From Candidatus Saccharimonadota bacterium (GTDB lineage: Bacteria; Patescibacteriota; Saccharimonadia; Saccharimonadales; Saccharimonadaceae), in contig JBDSDX010000001.1 in the NCBI GenBank assembly GCA_039920285.1, forward strand, positions 720,001 through 752,000: a stretch of DNA of 32,000 nt, read 5' to 3'. Shown here in pieces: positions 15,266 to 23,986 of the stretch; the stretch's first letter is position 1; every line of letters begins with the position of its first letter. The notes under the pieces are model-generated. The model was not told the DNA's origin and searched no databases. It saw nothing but the letters and a program-made list of their open reading frames with translations. Made by a program: the position numbers and the translations under genes.

Positions 15266-16348
15266 TTATATTTTTTCTGGCAGTTCGAGATAGGCTTCCA
15301 TAAATCCCGTGAGTTCACCATCGAGCACAGCCTGAACATTATTCGTTTCGTGCTTTGTTCGGGTATCTTTGACCAGTGTATACGGGTGTAGTACGTAGTT
15401 TCGAATTTGACTCCCCCAGTTGGCTGATTCGCCGGCTCGGAGTTCACCAATTGAACTTGCATGTTGCTCCATCTGCATCTGTGCAAGTTTTGAACGAAGA
15501 ATTTTCAGTGCGGTTTCCTTATTTTGAAGCTGCGATCGTTCATTCTGAATTGCAACGACGATACCTGTTGGAATGTGTGTAATGCGCACGGCTGAATCAG
15601 TCGTATTGACCGATTGTCCCCCATGACCACCCGCTCGGTAGACATCAATTTTCAAATCCTTATCATCGAGTTTCACTTCGTCGGGTGCATCAATTTGTGG
15701 TAAGATTTCCACCAATGCAAAACTGGTTTGACGAAGGTTGTCACTATTAAATGGGCTCAAGCGCACCAATCGATGTACCCCGTTTTCACTGCGTAATTTT
15801 CCGTACGCAAATGGTCCGGTGATTTCAAAGACACTCGACTTTATACCAGCCTCCTCTCCATTCGATCGCCCGATCAACGTCGTTGACATGCCCGCGCGTT
15901 CCGCCCAACGGAGATACATACGTTCCAACATTTCAGTCCAATCTTGTGCATCCGTACCACCTACACCAGCGCTCAATCGTAAAATCGCATTATGATCGTC
16001 AAACTCACCATCAAATAGTAAGTCTCGACGTAAACTCTGAAATTCCTTTTCTAACGCAATAATCTGTCCTTCGAACTCACCCAGCATTGAGTCGTCACCC
16101 ATATCCATAAGTTCAATCATATCTGCCGTTTGAGCTTGGAGTGTCAGCCACGGGTCAACCAATGACCGCATGGCCGAAAGTTGCTTGCTTTTTGCCTGTG
16201 CGTCTGTCGGATTATTCCAAATCTCAGGTGTCGCCATGTGTGCATCGAGTTCCGCAATTTCGACTTGCTTGTCGGCAATATGGAGTCGTTCTAATGCAGC
16301 ATCAATCTGCGGACGGAGTTCATTGAGACGTTTGATAAGTGGTTGCAT
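15266..16348 (-). CDS. prfB: Peptide chain release factor 2, encoded in one continuous frame
   Basis: The SPF tripeptide (RLSPFNS) and the GGQ motif (GGHGGQSVN) are both present. It starts at MQPLIKRLNELRPQ (ATG 16348). The 49 extra ORF-track codons overlap murI and look spurious. Confidence 0.9.
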   Translation of the reverse strand: MQPLIKRLNELRPQIDAALERLHIADKQVEIAELDAHMATPEIWNNPTDAQAKSKQLSAMRSLVDPWLTLQAQTADMIELMDMGDDSMLGEFEGQIIALEKEFQSLRRDLLFDGEFDDHNAILRLSAGVGGTDAQDWTEMLERMYLRWAERAGMSTTLIGRSNGEEAGIKSSVFEITGPFAYGKLRSENGVHRLVRLSPFNSDNLRQTSFALVEILPQIDAPDEVKLDDKDLKIDVYRAGGHGGQSVNTTDSAVRITHIPTGIVVAIQNERSQLQNKETALKILRSKLAQMQMEQHASSIGELRAGESANWGSQIRNYVLHPYTLVKDTRTKHETNNVQAVLDGELTGFMEAYLELPEKI

Positions 16349-16355
16349 TACCTCT

Positions 16356-16361
16356 ATTGTA
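16356..16361 (-). promoter_or_regulatory. -10 box TACAAT, 7 nt upstream of the prfB ATG
   Basis: Reverse complement reads cctgTACAATagaggtaATG. The GAGG is only 2 nt from the ATG, too close for a normal SD. Confidence 0.4.
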
Positions 16362-16371
16362 CAGGAAGTTA

Positions 16372-16380
16372 TGATACACT
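16372..16380 (+). promoter_or_regulatory. Extended -10 box TGaTACACT, 7 nt upstream of the murI ATG
   Basis: TGATACACT at 16372..16380, then gtaagca, then ATG 16388. Confidence 0.4.
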
Positions 16381-16387
16381 GTAAGCA

Positions 16388-17035
16388 ATGAAGATTGGTG
16401 TATTCGATTCCGGTATAGGCGGTCGAGCAGTTGCCCAGCGACTCCACGAATTGATCCCTCATGCTGAAATTATTTCTATCGATGACCACGCCCACATGCC
16501 CTATGGCAACCGAACAGACGACGATATTATTTCGCTCACAAAAAAAGCGATCCAGCCTTTAATTGACGCTGAATGCGACAGTATCGTTATCGCATGTAAC
16601 ACTGCGACAACCGTCGCGATTAAAGAACTCCGCAAAGCCTACCCTACTATGAAATTTGTCGGTATCGAGCCGATGGTCAAACCAGCATCACGGCTGACAA
16701 AATCAAAACATATTGCGGTGTTAGCAACACCTGCCACACTTGCAAGCCAACGATATAAAGATTTAAAAATGGAATGGGCATCAGGTATCGATGTTCGCGA
16801 GCCCGATTGTCATAATTGGGCAAGCCTTATCGAAAATGACCGTACTCAGGATGTGCCCATTGAAACAGTCGTGAAACAACTCATTGGTGACGGCGTCGAT
16901 GTCATCGTTCTCGCTTGTACGCACTATCATTTGCTCAAAGAACGCGCATTGAAGGCTGCTGATGGACATGCGCACGTATTGGAACCATCCGAGGCTATTA
17001 GCAAGCGAATTATCTCTCTTCTCACTGAATACTAG
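16388..17035 (+). CDS. murI: Glutamate racemase (compact, 215 aa)
   Basis: VFDSGIGG is present, along with both catalytic Cys motifs: IACNTAT and LACTHYHLL. Confidence 0.85.
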   Translation: MKIGVFDSGIGGRAVAQRLHELIPHAEIISIDDHAHMPYGNRTDDDIISLTKKAIQPLIDAECDSIVIACNTATTVAIKELRKAYPTMKFVGIEPMVKPASRLTKSKHIAVLATPATLASQRYKDLKMEWASGIDVREPDCHNWASLIENDRTQDVPIETVVKQLIGDGVDVIVLACTHYHLLKERALKAADGHAHVLEPSEAISKRIISLLTEY

Positions 17036-18309
17036 AGTGCTTCGACAGCGGCGGTATATTGATCACCGCGATCAGCGTAGTCTTTGAACAACCCAAAGCT
17101 TGCAGCCGCAGGACTCAGTAGCACAACAGACCCAGCGGTCGCTAATTCATAAGCTCGCTTAACGAACGAGGCCGCTGTCGCCTGTTCAATGATTTCAAAT
17201 TTCTCAAAACCAGCCTGTCGACAAGCCTCAGCAATCACTTCGGCCTCTTCACCTATCAAAATCGCCTGAACATCATGCTGAATGAGCTCTTTTGCGAGTT
17301 CAGTAAAGTCAGAGCCCTTAGATGAACCTCCGAGAATAATCACTTTTGGCTGTTCAAACGCTCTCAGTGCGGCAATGGCGGACGCAGGAGTTGTTGCAAT
17401 ACTGTCATCATAATATTGGACACCTTCTACTTCACCGACAAAGGATAAACGGTGCTTTAACCCCTTAAAATCACGAAGTCCTGCAGTAATAACAGCAACA
17501 TCTTGCGTGTAAGCCCAGACTGCGTCGATGGCGGCAATAGCGTTTGTCACGTTATGTTCACCCCTGATTTGAAGTATATCTGTTGAACAAATAATGTGTT
17601 CACCATTCATAAACTGACCATCTGCGACATGCGTCGTCAGAGCAGTTGGATAGCCCACTTTTCGAGCTTTTGAGGTGTCCGCGATCGAACGAGAGTATTG
17701 ATTTTCAGCATTAAACACTAAAATATCGTCTTCGCTCTGGAAACGAGTGATGTTCCCTTTGGCATTCACATATTCTTCCATACTTTCATGGACATCAAGG
17801 TGTTCTTGTTCTATAAATAACACGACTGCGGTCTTTGGGGACCGTTCAATGTCCCACAGTTGAAAACTCGAAAGTTCATAGACCACAATATCGTTGAGTG
17901 TAATCTGATCAAGATGTGCAATTGCAGGTTCACCAATATTACCAAGGAGCCATACTTTACGATCCGTGTGACCAAGGATTGAGGCAATGAGACTTGAAGT
18001 CGTTCCCTTCCCTTTTGAACCGGTCACTCCAATAATATCAGCTGGACACTTGGCAAAAAATTCATTTGTCACCGACCAAATCTTCCCCTGTGTCTTAATT
18101 TTCTTCGGAGCGATAGGTGGTGATCGCAACACAAGATCAAAATCTGTTAATTTCTCAAATGCATCAGGTCCAACAATACACGGAACGCCCTCAGGTCCAA
18201 CAAAATCTGGGTTTTGATCAGCAATAGTGATCTGATTATTCGTATCTTTCGAATAATATTCGTAGCTCGCCTGTCCTTCAACCCCATACCCTGCGATAGC
18301 TATCTTCAT
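17032..18309 (-). CDS. murD: UDP-N-acetylmuramoylalanine--D-glutamate ligase
   Basis: The N-terminal Rossmann-like region is IAIAGYGVEGQA and the Mur ligase P-loop is GVTGSKGKGTTSS. I prefer ATG 18309 (MKIAIAG), just after the upstream stop. The ORF-track start at 18333 is a TTG. Confidence 0.85.
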   Translation of the reverse strand: MKIAIAGYGVEGQASYEYYSKDTNNQITIADQNPDFVGPEGVPCIVGPDAFEKLTDFDLVLRSPPIAPKKIKTQGKIWSVTNEFFAKCPADIIGVTGSKGKGTTSSLIASILGHTDRKVWLLGNIGEPAIAHLDQITLNDIVVYELSSFQLWDIERSPKTAVVLFIEQEHLDVHESMEEYVNAKGNITRFQSEDDILVFNAENQYSRSIADTSKARKVGYPTALTTHVADGQFMNGEHIICSTDILQIRGEHNVTNAIAAIDAVWAYTQDVAVITAGLRDFKGLKHRLSFVGEVEGVQYYDDSIATTPASAIAALRAFEQPKVIILGGSSKGSDFTELAKELIQHDVQAILIGEEAEVIAEACRQAGFEKFEIIEQATAASFVKRAYELATAGSVVLLSPAAASFGLFKDYADRGDQYTAAVEAL

Positions 18310-18313
18310 CGCC

Positions 18314-19606
18314 TTATTCTTCCTCGGATTCAAACAATCCGCTTACCTTATCATTAAGTTCGAGTAACTCATGACGTTCGCCACTGCTCACAGCTGCGAG
18401 GACCCACGTATTGGCGTCTATGAAGCTTTGGGCAGTTGCCATGATCTTTTCACGCGTCACGCGACGAATTAAGTCAGGAATCTTGTCGTAATCTTTAATA
18501 AAATCATCAGCAAAGTAACGATTTGTGTAGAAATCGCTAATCTGAGAGACAGTCTGCGCACCCATTTGATAGCGTCCAAGGCCAAATGATTTTGCTGCGT
18601 CAATTTCTTTGTCTGTCAGGTTTCCGTCGAGGACTGATTTGATTTCAGTCGCAATAATATCAAATAACTGTGGCGCTGTATCATGGTTTACTTGTCCTGA
18701 AATATCCCAGGCACTGTCGTAAAAGCCAGCTCCAGTATAAGCACCGACGCTGTATGCTAACCCTTTAGAACGAGCCTTTCCAAAGATACGTGAATGCGTT
18801 GTACCAGTCAAAATGTGGTTCAAGTTATGCATCGCATCGAGTTCGTCATCGGATAGTTGTCGCGGGAGGCTGAGCGTCCAGCCAAACGTGAGATTTGAAG
18901 CATCTTTACGGCGAATAATCGTTGGTGAACCACTACTCAGTTCGTCTTTTGGAACTTCGAATCGTTCTCCATCAGGCAGTTCAAAAGTTTCAAGCTGACG
19001 AAGGATTTCAGTCTTACGACCACGCATACGGCCAGCAATCACGAAACGCATGTTATGCGTCGTATGGGTACGGCGGTGATGTTCACGGATGTCAGCAATC
19101 GTCACATTAGCGATAGTACTCAGTGATTGACGATAGGTCAGAACATCTTCACCCAGTAATTGTTGAACTTTTGGCCAGAGAATACGGTGATGATCATTGA
19201 GGTAGTTTGTGAGTTCACCGCGCACATTCCCCTTTTCGGCTTCAAGTTCTGAATCGTTGAAACGAGGTTGGCAGATGCTGAGTTTTTGGAGTTCCAAAAT
19301 TCGATCCCATTCAAAATCAGCGCAGTCAGATTCGTACACCATAGAAAGATCAGACGTGTAGGCGTTATGATACGCCCCGTTCTTGGTAAACTCAGACTCG
19401 AAATCATGTTCAGACTTAAAGCGCGCGTTCGCACCAAAGGCCATATGTTCCATGATGTGTGCAACTTGTTCGATATCTTTATTCTTTGCATAACGGTTGC
19501 CAGCGCGGAATTGAAACTGCATGCTCATGACGGTAGCGCCGGGGACATTAATCAACAAGCCACGGGCTCCATTTTTTAGTTTCACTTCTTCAACGCTATG
19601 ATTCAT
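18314..19606 (-). CDS. M16 (pitrilysin/insulinase) family zinc peptidase
   Basis: The inverted zinc motif HxxEH occurs in VAHIMEHMAFG. The 430-aa length fits the two-domain M16 architecture. Confidence 0.8.
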   Translation of the reverse strand: MNHSVEEVKLKNGARGLLINVPGATVMSMQFQFRAGNRYAKNKDIEQVAHIMEHMAFGANARFKSEHDFESEFTKNGAYHNAYTSDLSMVYESDCADFEWDRILELQKLSICQPRFNDSELEAEKGNVRGELTNYLNDHHRILWPKVQQLLGEDVLTYRQSLSTIANVTIADIREHHRRTHTTHNMRFVIAGRMRGRKTEILRQLETFELPDGERFEVPKDELSSGSPTIIRRKDASNLTFGWTLSLPRQLSDDELDAMHNLNHILTGTTHSRIFGKARSKGLAYSVGAYTGAGFYDSAWDISGQVNHDTAPQLFDIIATEIKSVLDGNLTDKEIDAAKSFGLGRYQMGAQTVSQISDFYTNRYFADDFIKDYDKIPDLIRRVTREKIMATAQSFIDANTWVLAAVSSGERHELLELNDKVSGLFESEEE

Positions 19607-19628
19607 ACTCTGTCTCTTTCAGTCTCAA

Positions 19629-22250
19629 TTATTTTCGGCCGGATTTACGATTTTGGCGCTGGCCTTTTTTCTTTTTACGGGCCGCGTTCTTCTTGTGATT
19701 AGCGTCAGCGTGTGAGGTAGCTTTATCAACATCAAAGTCTTGGTCACGACCGCTCTCACCAGTAGTGATTTCGTTGACGCCCTTTTCAACTGATTGCTCA
19801 GCGAGACGAGTAAGTTCGGTATCATGGTCTTCATCAGTTCGCACCACAGCATCACGTGGGGTCACGTGTGTCACCACACGGAGTACTTCATCACGAAGTG
19901 TCGCTTGAAGGCTTTCGAAGAGCTTCTGAGACTCACTACGATACTCGACGAGTGGATCACGTTGTCCCACACTACGCCAGTGAATACCTTCGCGGAGGTG
20001 TTGCATGTTTTCAAGGTGTTGCATCCACAGTGTATCAAGTACTTGAAGGTAAATTTCACGTTCAACTTTACGAAGCACTTCTGTTTCAAGCTCATGCTCT
20101 TTCGCTTTGTAGAATGTTTGAACTTCCTTAAGTGCTAATTCGTAACGAGCTTTGTCGTTTTTGATTTCACCGATGTTCTTGAGAATTTTATCATCGAGCG
20201 GGAAAACAATTTCAAATTCTTGGCTGAATTTCTTGTTGTTTTTAGCCGGTAGATAGGTCAATTCATGAACTTTTGCCTCGATCAAGCGTTCCATCTCAAC
20301 CTTAATGTCTTCACCCTCTAAAATCTTACGGCGAATCGTATAGACGACGCGGCGGTGACGGTTGATGACGTTGTCGTATTGGACAACGCTTTTACGGTTG
20401 TCAAAGTTGAAACCTTCGACACGCTTTTGCGCAGCTTCAAGTGTCTTACTCACCATACTGTGCTGCAGTGGCATGTCATCGTTGATGCCGATACGTTCCA
20501 TCAAAGTTGAGATACGATCACCTTGGAAAATACGCATCAAATCATCTTCGGTTGAGACATAAAACTGAGTCAATCCAGGATCGCCCTGACGGCCACCACG
20601 GCCACGGAGCTGATTGTCGATGCGACGTGATTCGTGTCGTTCTGAACCAATCACAACAAGTCCACCGAGCTCAACAACTCCTTCACCGAGTTTAATGTCA
20701 GTTCCACGTCCAGCGATGTTGGTTGCAAGAGTAATAGCGCCCTTTTCACCAGCTTTTTCAATAATTGAAGCTTCGCGTTCATTATTTTTAGCGTTCAAAA
20801 TTTCATAGGGAACTTTTTCTTTGTCTAACCAGCCAGCAATAAGCTCATTCTTCGCAATAGAGGCTGAGCCAACAAGGACAGGACGACCAACTTTGTGGTA
20901 CTCCTGGATAACATCAGCAATCGCCTTCAGTTTCGATTTTTCAGTTCGATAAATGAGATCCTGTCTGTCGTCACGAATCGTTGGACGATTTGGTGGAACC
21001 TGCACAACATCAAGTTTATAGATTTGTTGGAACTCTTCAGCTTCAGTAAAGGCTGTACCGGTCATACCAGATAGTTTTTTATAGAGACGGAAGTAGTTCT
21101 GGAATGAAACCGTTGCCAGCGTCATACTTTCTTGAAGAACTGGGACATTTTCCTTTGCTTCAATCGCTTGGTGAAGGCCTTCGTTGTAGCGGCGACCTTG
21201 CATCAGACGACCCGTAAACTCGTCGACAATGATCACTTCGCCGTCTTTCGTGACAACATAGTCTTTATCACGTTTAAATAACGTTTGTGCCTTGAGTGCT
21301 TGGTCGAGGTGATAGACCGAACGGACATATTCAGGACCATAAATGTTTTTGACACCGAGCATGCGTTGAATCTTATCGATACCATCATCACTCAGGGCAA
21401 CCATCTTTCGTTTTTCATCAAGCACATAGTCATCAGGAGTTAATTTTGCCGCAATTTTAGCAAATTGCAGGTAACTTTCTGGATTTTCAGCTGCCGGTGC
21501 ACTAATAATCAACGGTGTTCGCGCTTCATCAACCAAGATGCTATCAACTTCGTCGACAATCGCAAAGTGCAGGTCGCGTTGACGCAGAAGATCTACTTCG
21601 TTCACCATGTTGTCACGGAGATAGTCGAAGCCAAATTCATTGTTCGTTCCATACGTGATATCAGCTGCGTACGCTTCTTTTCGTGTTGACGGACGCAAGT
21701 GGTGCATACGAGGATCATCGTGTGCTTCATTTGTGTAGTTCTTGTCGTAAACAAATGAAGCTTCATTGATAATCACACCTGTCGAAAGACCCAAGAAATC
21801 AAATAATTCGCCGTTCCAGCCGGCGTCACGCTGTGCAAGATAATCGTTAACAGTGACAATGTGTACACCCTTTTCTTCGAGTGCATTCAGGTAGCTTGGC
21901 AGTGTTGCCATCAAGGTCTTACCCTCACCTGTTCGGAGTTCAGCAACGTTGCCTTCATGGAGAACCATGCCGCCAACCAGCTGCACGTCAAAGTGGCGCA
22001 TGCCCATAACACGGTCGCTCGACTCACGTACTAATGCAAATGCATCGGGAAGAATCGTATCAAGTGATTCGGTCTTCTTTGCGAGACGCTTCTTCAGGAT
22101 AGCTGTTTGCTTTTGAAGGTCTGCTTTTGAAAATTTCTTATATTTCTCTTCGAGTGCGTTGACCGCATCGACTTTTTTCTGGAGTCGTTTCAACGTTTTC
22201 TTTTGCGGGTCACCAAAAATCTTAGTGAGCGCACCTTGCCTACTTATCAT
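19629..22250 (-). CDS. secA: Preprotein translocase ATPase SecA
   Basis: SecA motifs run throughout (MRHFDVQLVGGMVLHEG..AELRTGEGKT; DEVDSILVDEARTPLIIS; TNIAGRGTDIKLG). I prefer ATG 22250 (MISRQGALTKIFG), with GGGG 5 nt upstream. The track start at 22256 is a GTG. Confidence 0.95.
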   Translation of the reverse strand: MISRQGALTKIFGDPQKKTLKRLQKKVDAVNALEEKYKKFSKADLQKQTAILKKRLAKKTESLDTILPDAFALVRESSDRVMGMRHFDVQLVGGMVLHEGNVAELRTGEGKTLMATLPSYLNALEEKGVHIVTVNDYLAQRDAGWNGELFDFLGLSTGVIINEASFVYDKNYTNEAHDDPRMHHLRPSTRKEAYAADITYGTNNEFGFDYLRDNMVNEVDLLRQRDLHFAIVDEVDSILVDEARTPLIISAPAAENPESYLQFAKIAAKLTPDDYVLDEKRKMVALSDDGIDKIQRMLGVKNIYGPEYVRSVYHLDQALKAQTLFKRDKDYVVTKDGEVIIVDEFTGRLMQGRRYNEGLHQAIEAKENVPVLQESMTLATVSFQNYFRLYKKLSGMTGTAFTEAEEFQQIYKLDVVQVPPNRPTIRDDRQDLIYRTEKSKLKAIADVIQEYHKVGRPVLVGSASIAKNELIAGWLDKEKVPYEILNAKNNEREASIIEKAGEKGAITLATNIAGRGTDIKLGEGVVELGGLVVIGSERHESRRIDNQLRGRGGRQGDPGLTQFYVSTEDDLMRIFQGDRISTLMERIGINDDMPLQHSMVSKTLEAAQKRVEGFNFDNRKSVVQYDNVINRHRRVVYTIRRKILEGEDIKVEMERLIEAKVHELTYLPAKNNKKFSQEFEIVFPLDDKILKNIGEIKNDKARYELALKEVQTFYKAKEHELETEVLRKVEREIYLQVLDTLWMQHLENMQHLREGIHWRSVGQRDPLVEYRSESQKLFESLQATLRDEVLRVVTHVTPRDAVVRTDEDHDTELTRLAEQSVEKGVNEITTGESGRDQDFDVDKATSHADANHKKNAARKKKKGQRQNRKSGRK

Positions 22251-22297
22251 GTTCACCCCGCCTTTCGGAAAATCTTCAGTAATTGCTCTTTAGGTAT

Positions 22298-22303
22298 ATT
22301 ATA
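22298..22303 (-). promoter_or_regulatory. -10 box TATAAT for the secA operon, with a conventional leader of about 40-47 nt
   Basis: Reverse complement reads gaccgTATAATatacctaaagagcaattactgaagattttccgaaaggcggggtgaacATG. Confidence 0.4.
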
Positions 22304-22327
22304 CGGTCTACAGGGGTTTGAAACAAG

Positions 22328-22678
22328 CTATTTACCGCGTGAAAGCAGCTTACGACGACCAACATGAAGCAATGTCGCTTGTTTGTATTTTCGAAGTTGG
22401 GCCATGAGCTTCGCTTCAACAATATCGATAGCAGCTAACATGTTGACGGTTGAGTCTTTGGCGGTCAGTTTGTGGTCAGGAACCGTCAAAATAACCTCTG
22501 CTTCATATTTGTTGCCGTGGTCACGATTGACCTGTTTTAGTTTGACGTCGGCAGTCACACTCTTGCGGGCATGTTTGGGCAAAAAACGGTCGAGCCTCGC
22601 AATCTTACGCGTCACGTATTTCATGGTTGTATCGTCAATGGTATATTTCACCCCTGTAATATCGACTGATGCTATCAT
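22328..22678 (-). CDS. hpf: Ribosome hibernation/stabilisation factor, short form (HPF/YfiA family)
   Basis: The 116-aa product contains ITGVKYTIDDTTMKYVTRKIARLDRF...YEAEVILTVPDHKLTAKDSTVNMLAAIDIVEAKLMAQLRKYK. GGAGG lies 5 nt upstream of the ATG. Confidence 0.8.
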   Translation of the reverse strand: MIASVDITGVKYTIDDTTMKYVTRKIARLDRFLPKHARKSVTADVKLKQVNRDHGNKYEAEVILTVPDHKLTAKDSTVNMLAAIDIVEAKLMAQLRKYKQATLLHVGRRKLLSRGK

Positions 22679-22715
22679 ATGACCCTCCGTTTTTTAAGTA
22701 CTTTGTTCTGTACCT

Positions 22716-22721
22716 ATTATA
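22716..22721 (-). promoter_or_regulatory. -10 box TATAAT for hpf, with a 37-nt gap to the ATG and an SD-containing leader
   Basis: Reverse complement of 22716..22721 is TATAAT. It sits 6 nt after the serS stop, and no convincing -35 is present. Confidence 0.35.
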
Positions 22722-22726
22722 CTCTC

Positions 22727-23968
22727 TTAAAGTACGTCGCGGCCGTTCATATACGGTTTCAAAACATCCGGAACTCGTAATGTGCCGTCTTCGTTTTGAT
22801 AATGTTCGAGAATCGCAACGAGAGAACGAGCCAAAGAAACGGCCGTTCCGTTGAGTGTATGGACAGTCTGCACCTCACCCGATTCACGGCGGACACGAAT
22901 ATTCAAATTACGGGCTTGGTAATCAGTACAGTTCGAAGCACTAGTCAGTTCGCGGTAGATCTGATCGACTGGTGACCAGTATTCAAGATCGTACTTTTTA
23001 CTTGCCGGCGCGCCGAGGTCACCTGATGCAATGTTAATGACGTGATAAGGAATCTTGAGGCTCTGCCAAATTTCTTCTTCAATCGCGAGGATTTGTTCGT
23101 GAATCTCAAGGCTCTGTTCTGGGAGCGCAAAGGCATACATTTCAAGTTTGTTGAATTGGTGAACTCGGAAAAGACCGCGGTTGTGTTTGCCGTATGTACC
23201 CGCTTCTTTACGATATGAAGGGCTGTAGCCAACATACAGCAATGGCAGATCTGCTTCTTGGAGAATTTCATCCGCATGATACCCGGTTAAAGGTGCTTCA
23301 GCTGTACCAATCAACATTAAATCATCGTTCTCGATATAATATTCATTACTCTCAATATCGCTTCGTGGTGAGAAACCAGCGCCCTGTGCGATACGGCTTG
23401 TTACCATATGAGGCACCGTCAAAAATGTGAAGCCTTTTTTGGTCACAAGGTCGAGTGCGTAGTGTGTAATCGCACTCTCCAGAAGCGCTAAATCGCCTTT
23501 AAGGAAGTAAAATTTTGCGCCAGCAACTTTTGCGCCACGTTCGAAATCAACCCAATCGCGTGCAACAGCAAAATCGAGGTGATCGGTTGCACCGTTATTT
23601 TGTTCACCCCAGCGTTTAATTTCAACACTGTCTTCTTCCCCACCGACAGGAACGCCGTCTTGCATCATATTAGGAATACTGTGCAAAAAATTTGTATAGG
23701 CTGGTTCGGTTGAGTTTAAAGCAGTCTCAAGTGTACTGAGCTCTTCTTTCAGCGCTTTAACCTCTTCGATCACCGCAGGTTCAGGTTGAGCTTTGAGTTG
23801 GCTTGAGAGTGCGTTACGACGTTCACGAAGCGCATCGACTTGTTGTTGTTGGCCTCGACGCTCATCGTCAAGCTTGAGTAAACTCTCAATATCAACCGTG
23901 TAGCCTTTTTTTTGACCATTATCACGGACGAGTTCAGGATTCTCCCGAATAAAACGGATATCTAACAT
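22727..23968 (-). CDS. serS: Serine--tRNA ligase
   Basis: MLDIRFIRENPELV, an N-terminal coiled-coil arm and class II core motifs (FRVHQFNKLE, GTAVSLARSLVAILE) are present. Length is 413 aa. Confidence 0.95.
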   Translation of the reverse strand: MLDIRFIRENPELVRDNGQKKGYTVDIESLLKLDDERRGQQQQVDALRERRNALSSQLKAQPEPAVIEEVKALKEELSTLETALNSTEPAYTNFLHSIPNMMQDGVPVGGEEDSVEIKRWGEQNNGATDHLDFAVARDWVDFERGAKVAGAKFYFLKGDLALLESAITHYALDLVTKKGFTFLTVPHMVTSRIAQGAGFSPRSDIESNEYYIENDDLMLIGTAEAPLTGYHADEILQEADLPLLYVGYSPSYRKEAGTYGKHNRGLFRVHQFNKLEMYAFALPEQSLEIHEQILAIEEEIWQSLKIPYHVINIASGDLGAPASKKYDLEYWSPVDQIYRELTSASNCTDYQARNLNIRVRRESGEVQTVHTLNGTAVSLARSLVAILEHYQNEDGTLRVPDVLKPYMNGRDVL

Positions 23969-23975
23969 ATGCCTT

Positions 23976-23984
23976 ATTGTACCA
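23976..23984 (-). promoter_or_regulatory. Extended -10 box TGgTACAAT, 7 nt upstream of the serS ATG
   Basis: Reverse complement reads tcTGgTACAATaaggcatATG, inside the 18-nt gap after the permease stop. The AAGG could instead act as a weak, closely spaced SD. Confidence 0.35.
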
Positions 23985-23986
23985 GA

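Noticed and set aside
16349-16495. 49-codon upstream extension of prfB in the ORF track, and a possible RF2 programmed frameshift
   Set aside because: The extension overlaps the murI start and does not resemble RF2, whereas MQPLIKRLNELRPQ aligns with RF2 N-termini. I looked for the split-frame arrangement with an in-frame TGA around codon 26 and found a single continuous frame instead.
23969-23975. AAGG upstream of serS as a Shine-Dalgarno rather than part of a leaderless layout
   Set aside because: I could not resolve this. AAGG is only 3 nt from the ATG, which is suboptimal spacing, and TGgTACAAT sits immediately upstream. serS may therefore be translated from a read-through operon transcript as well as from a leaderless one. 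I kept it in the leaderless list at lower confidence.
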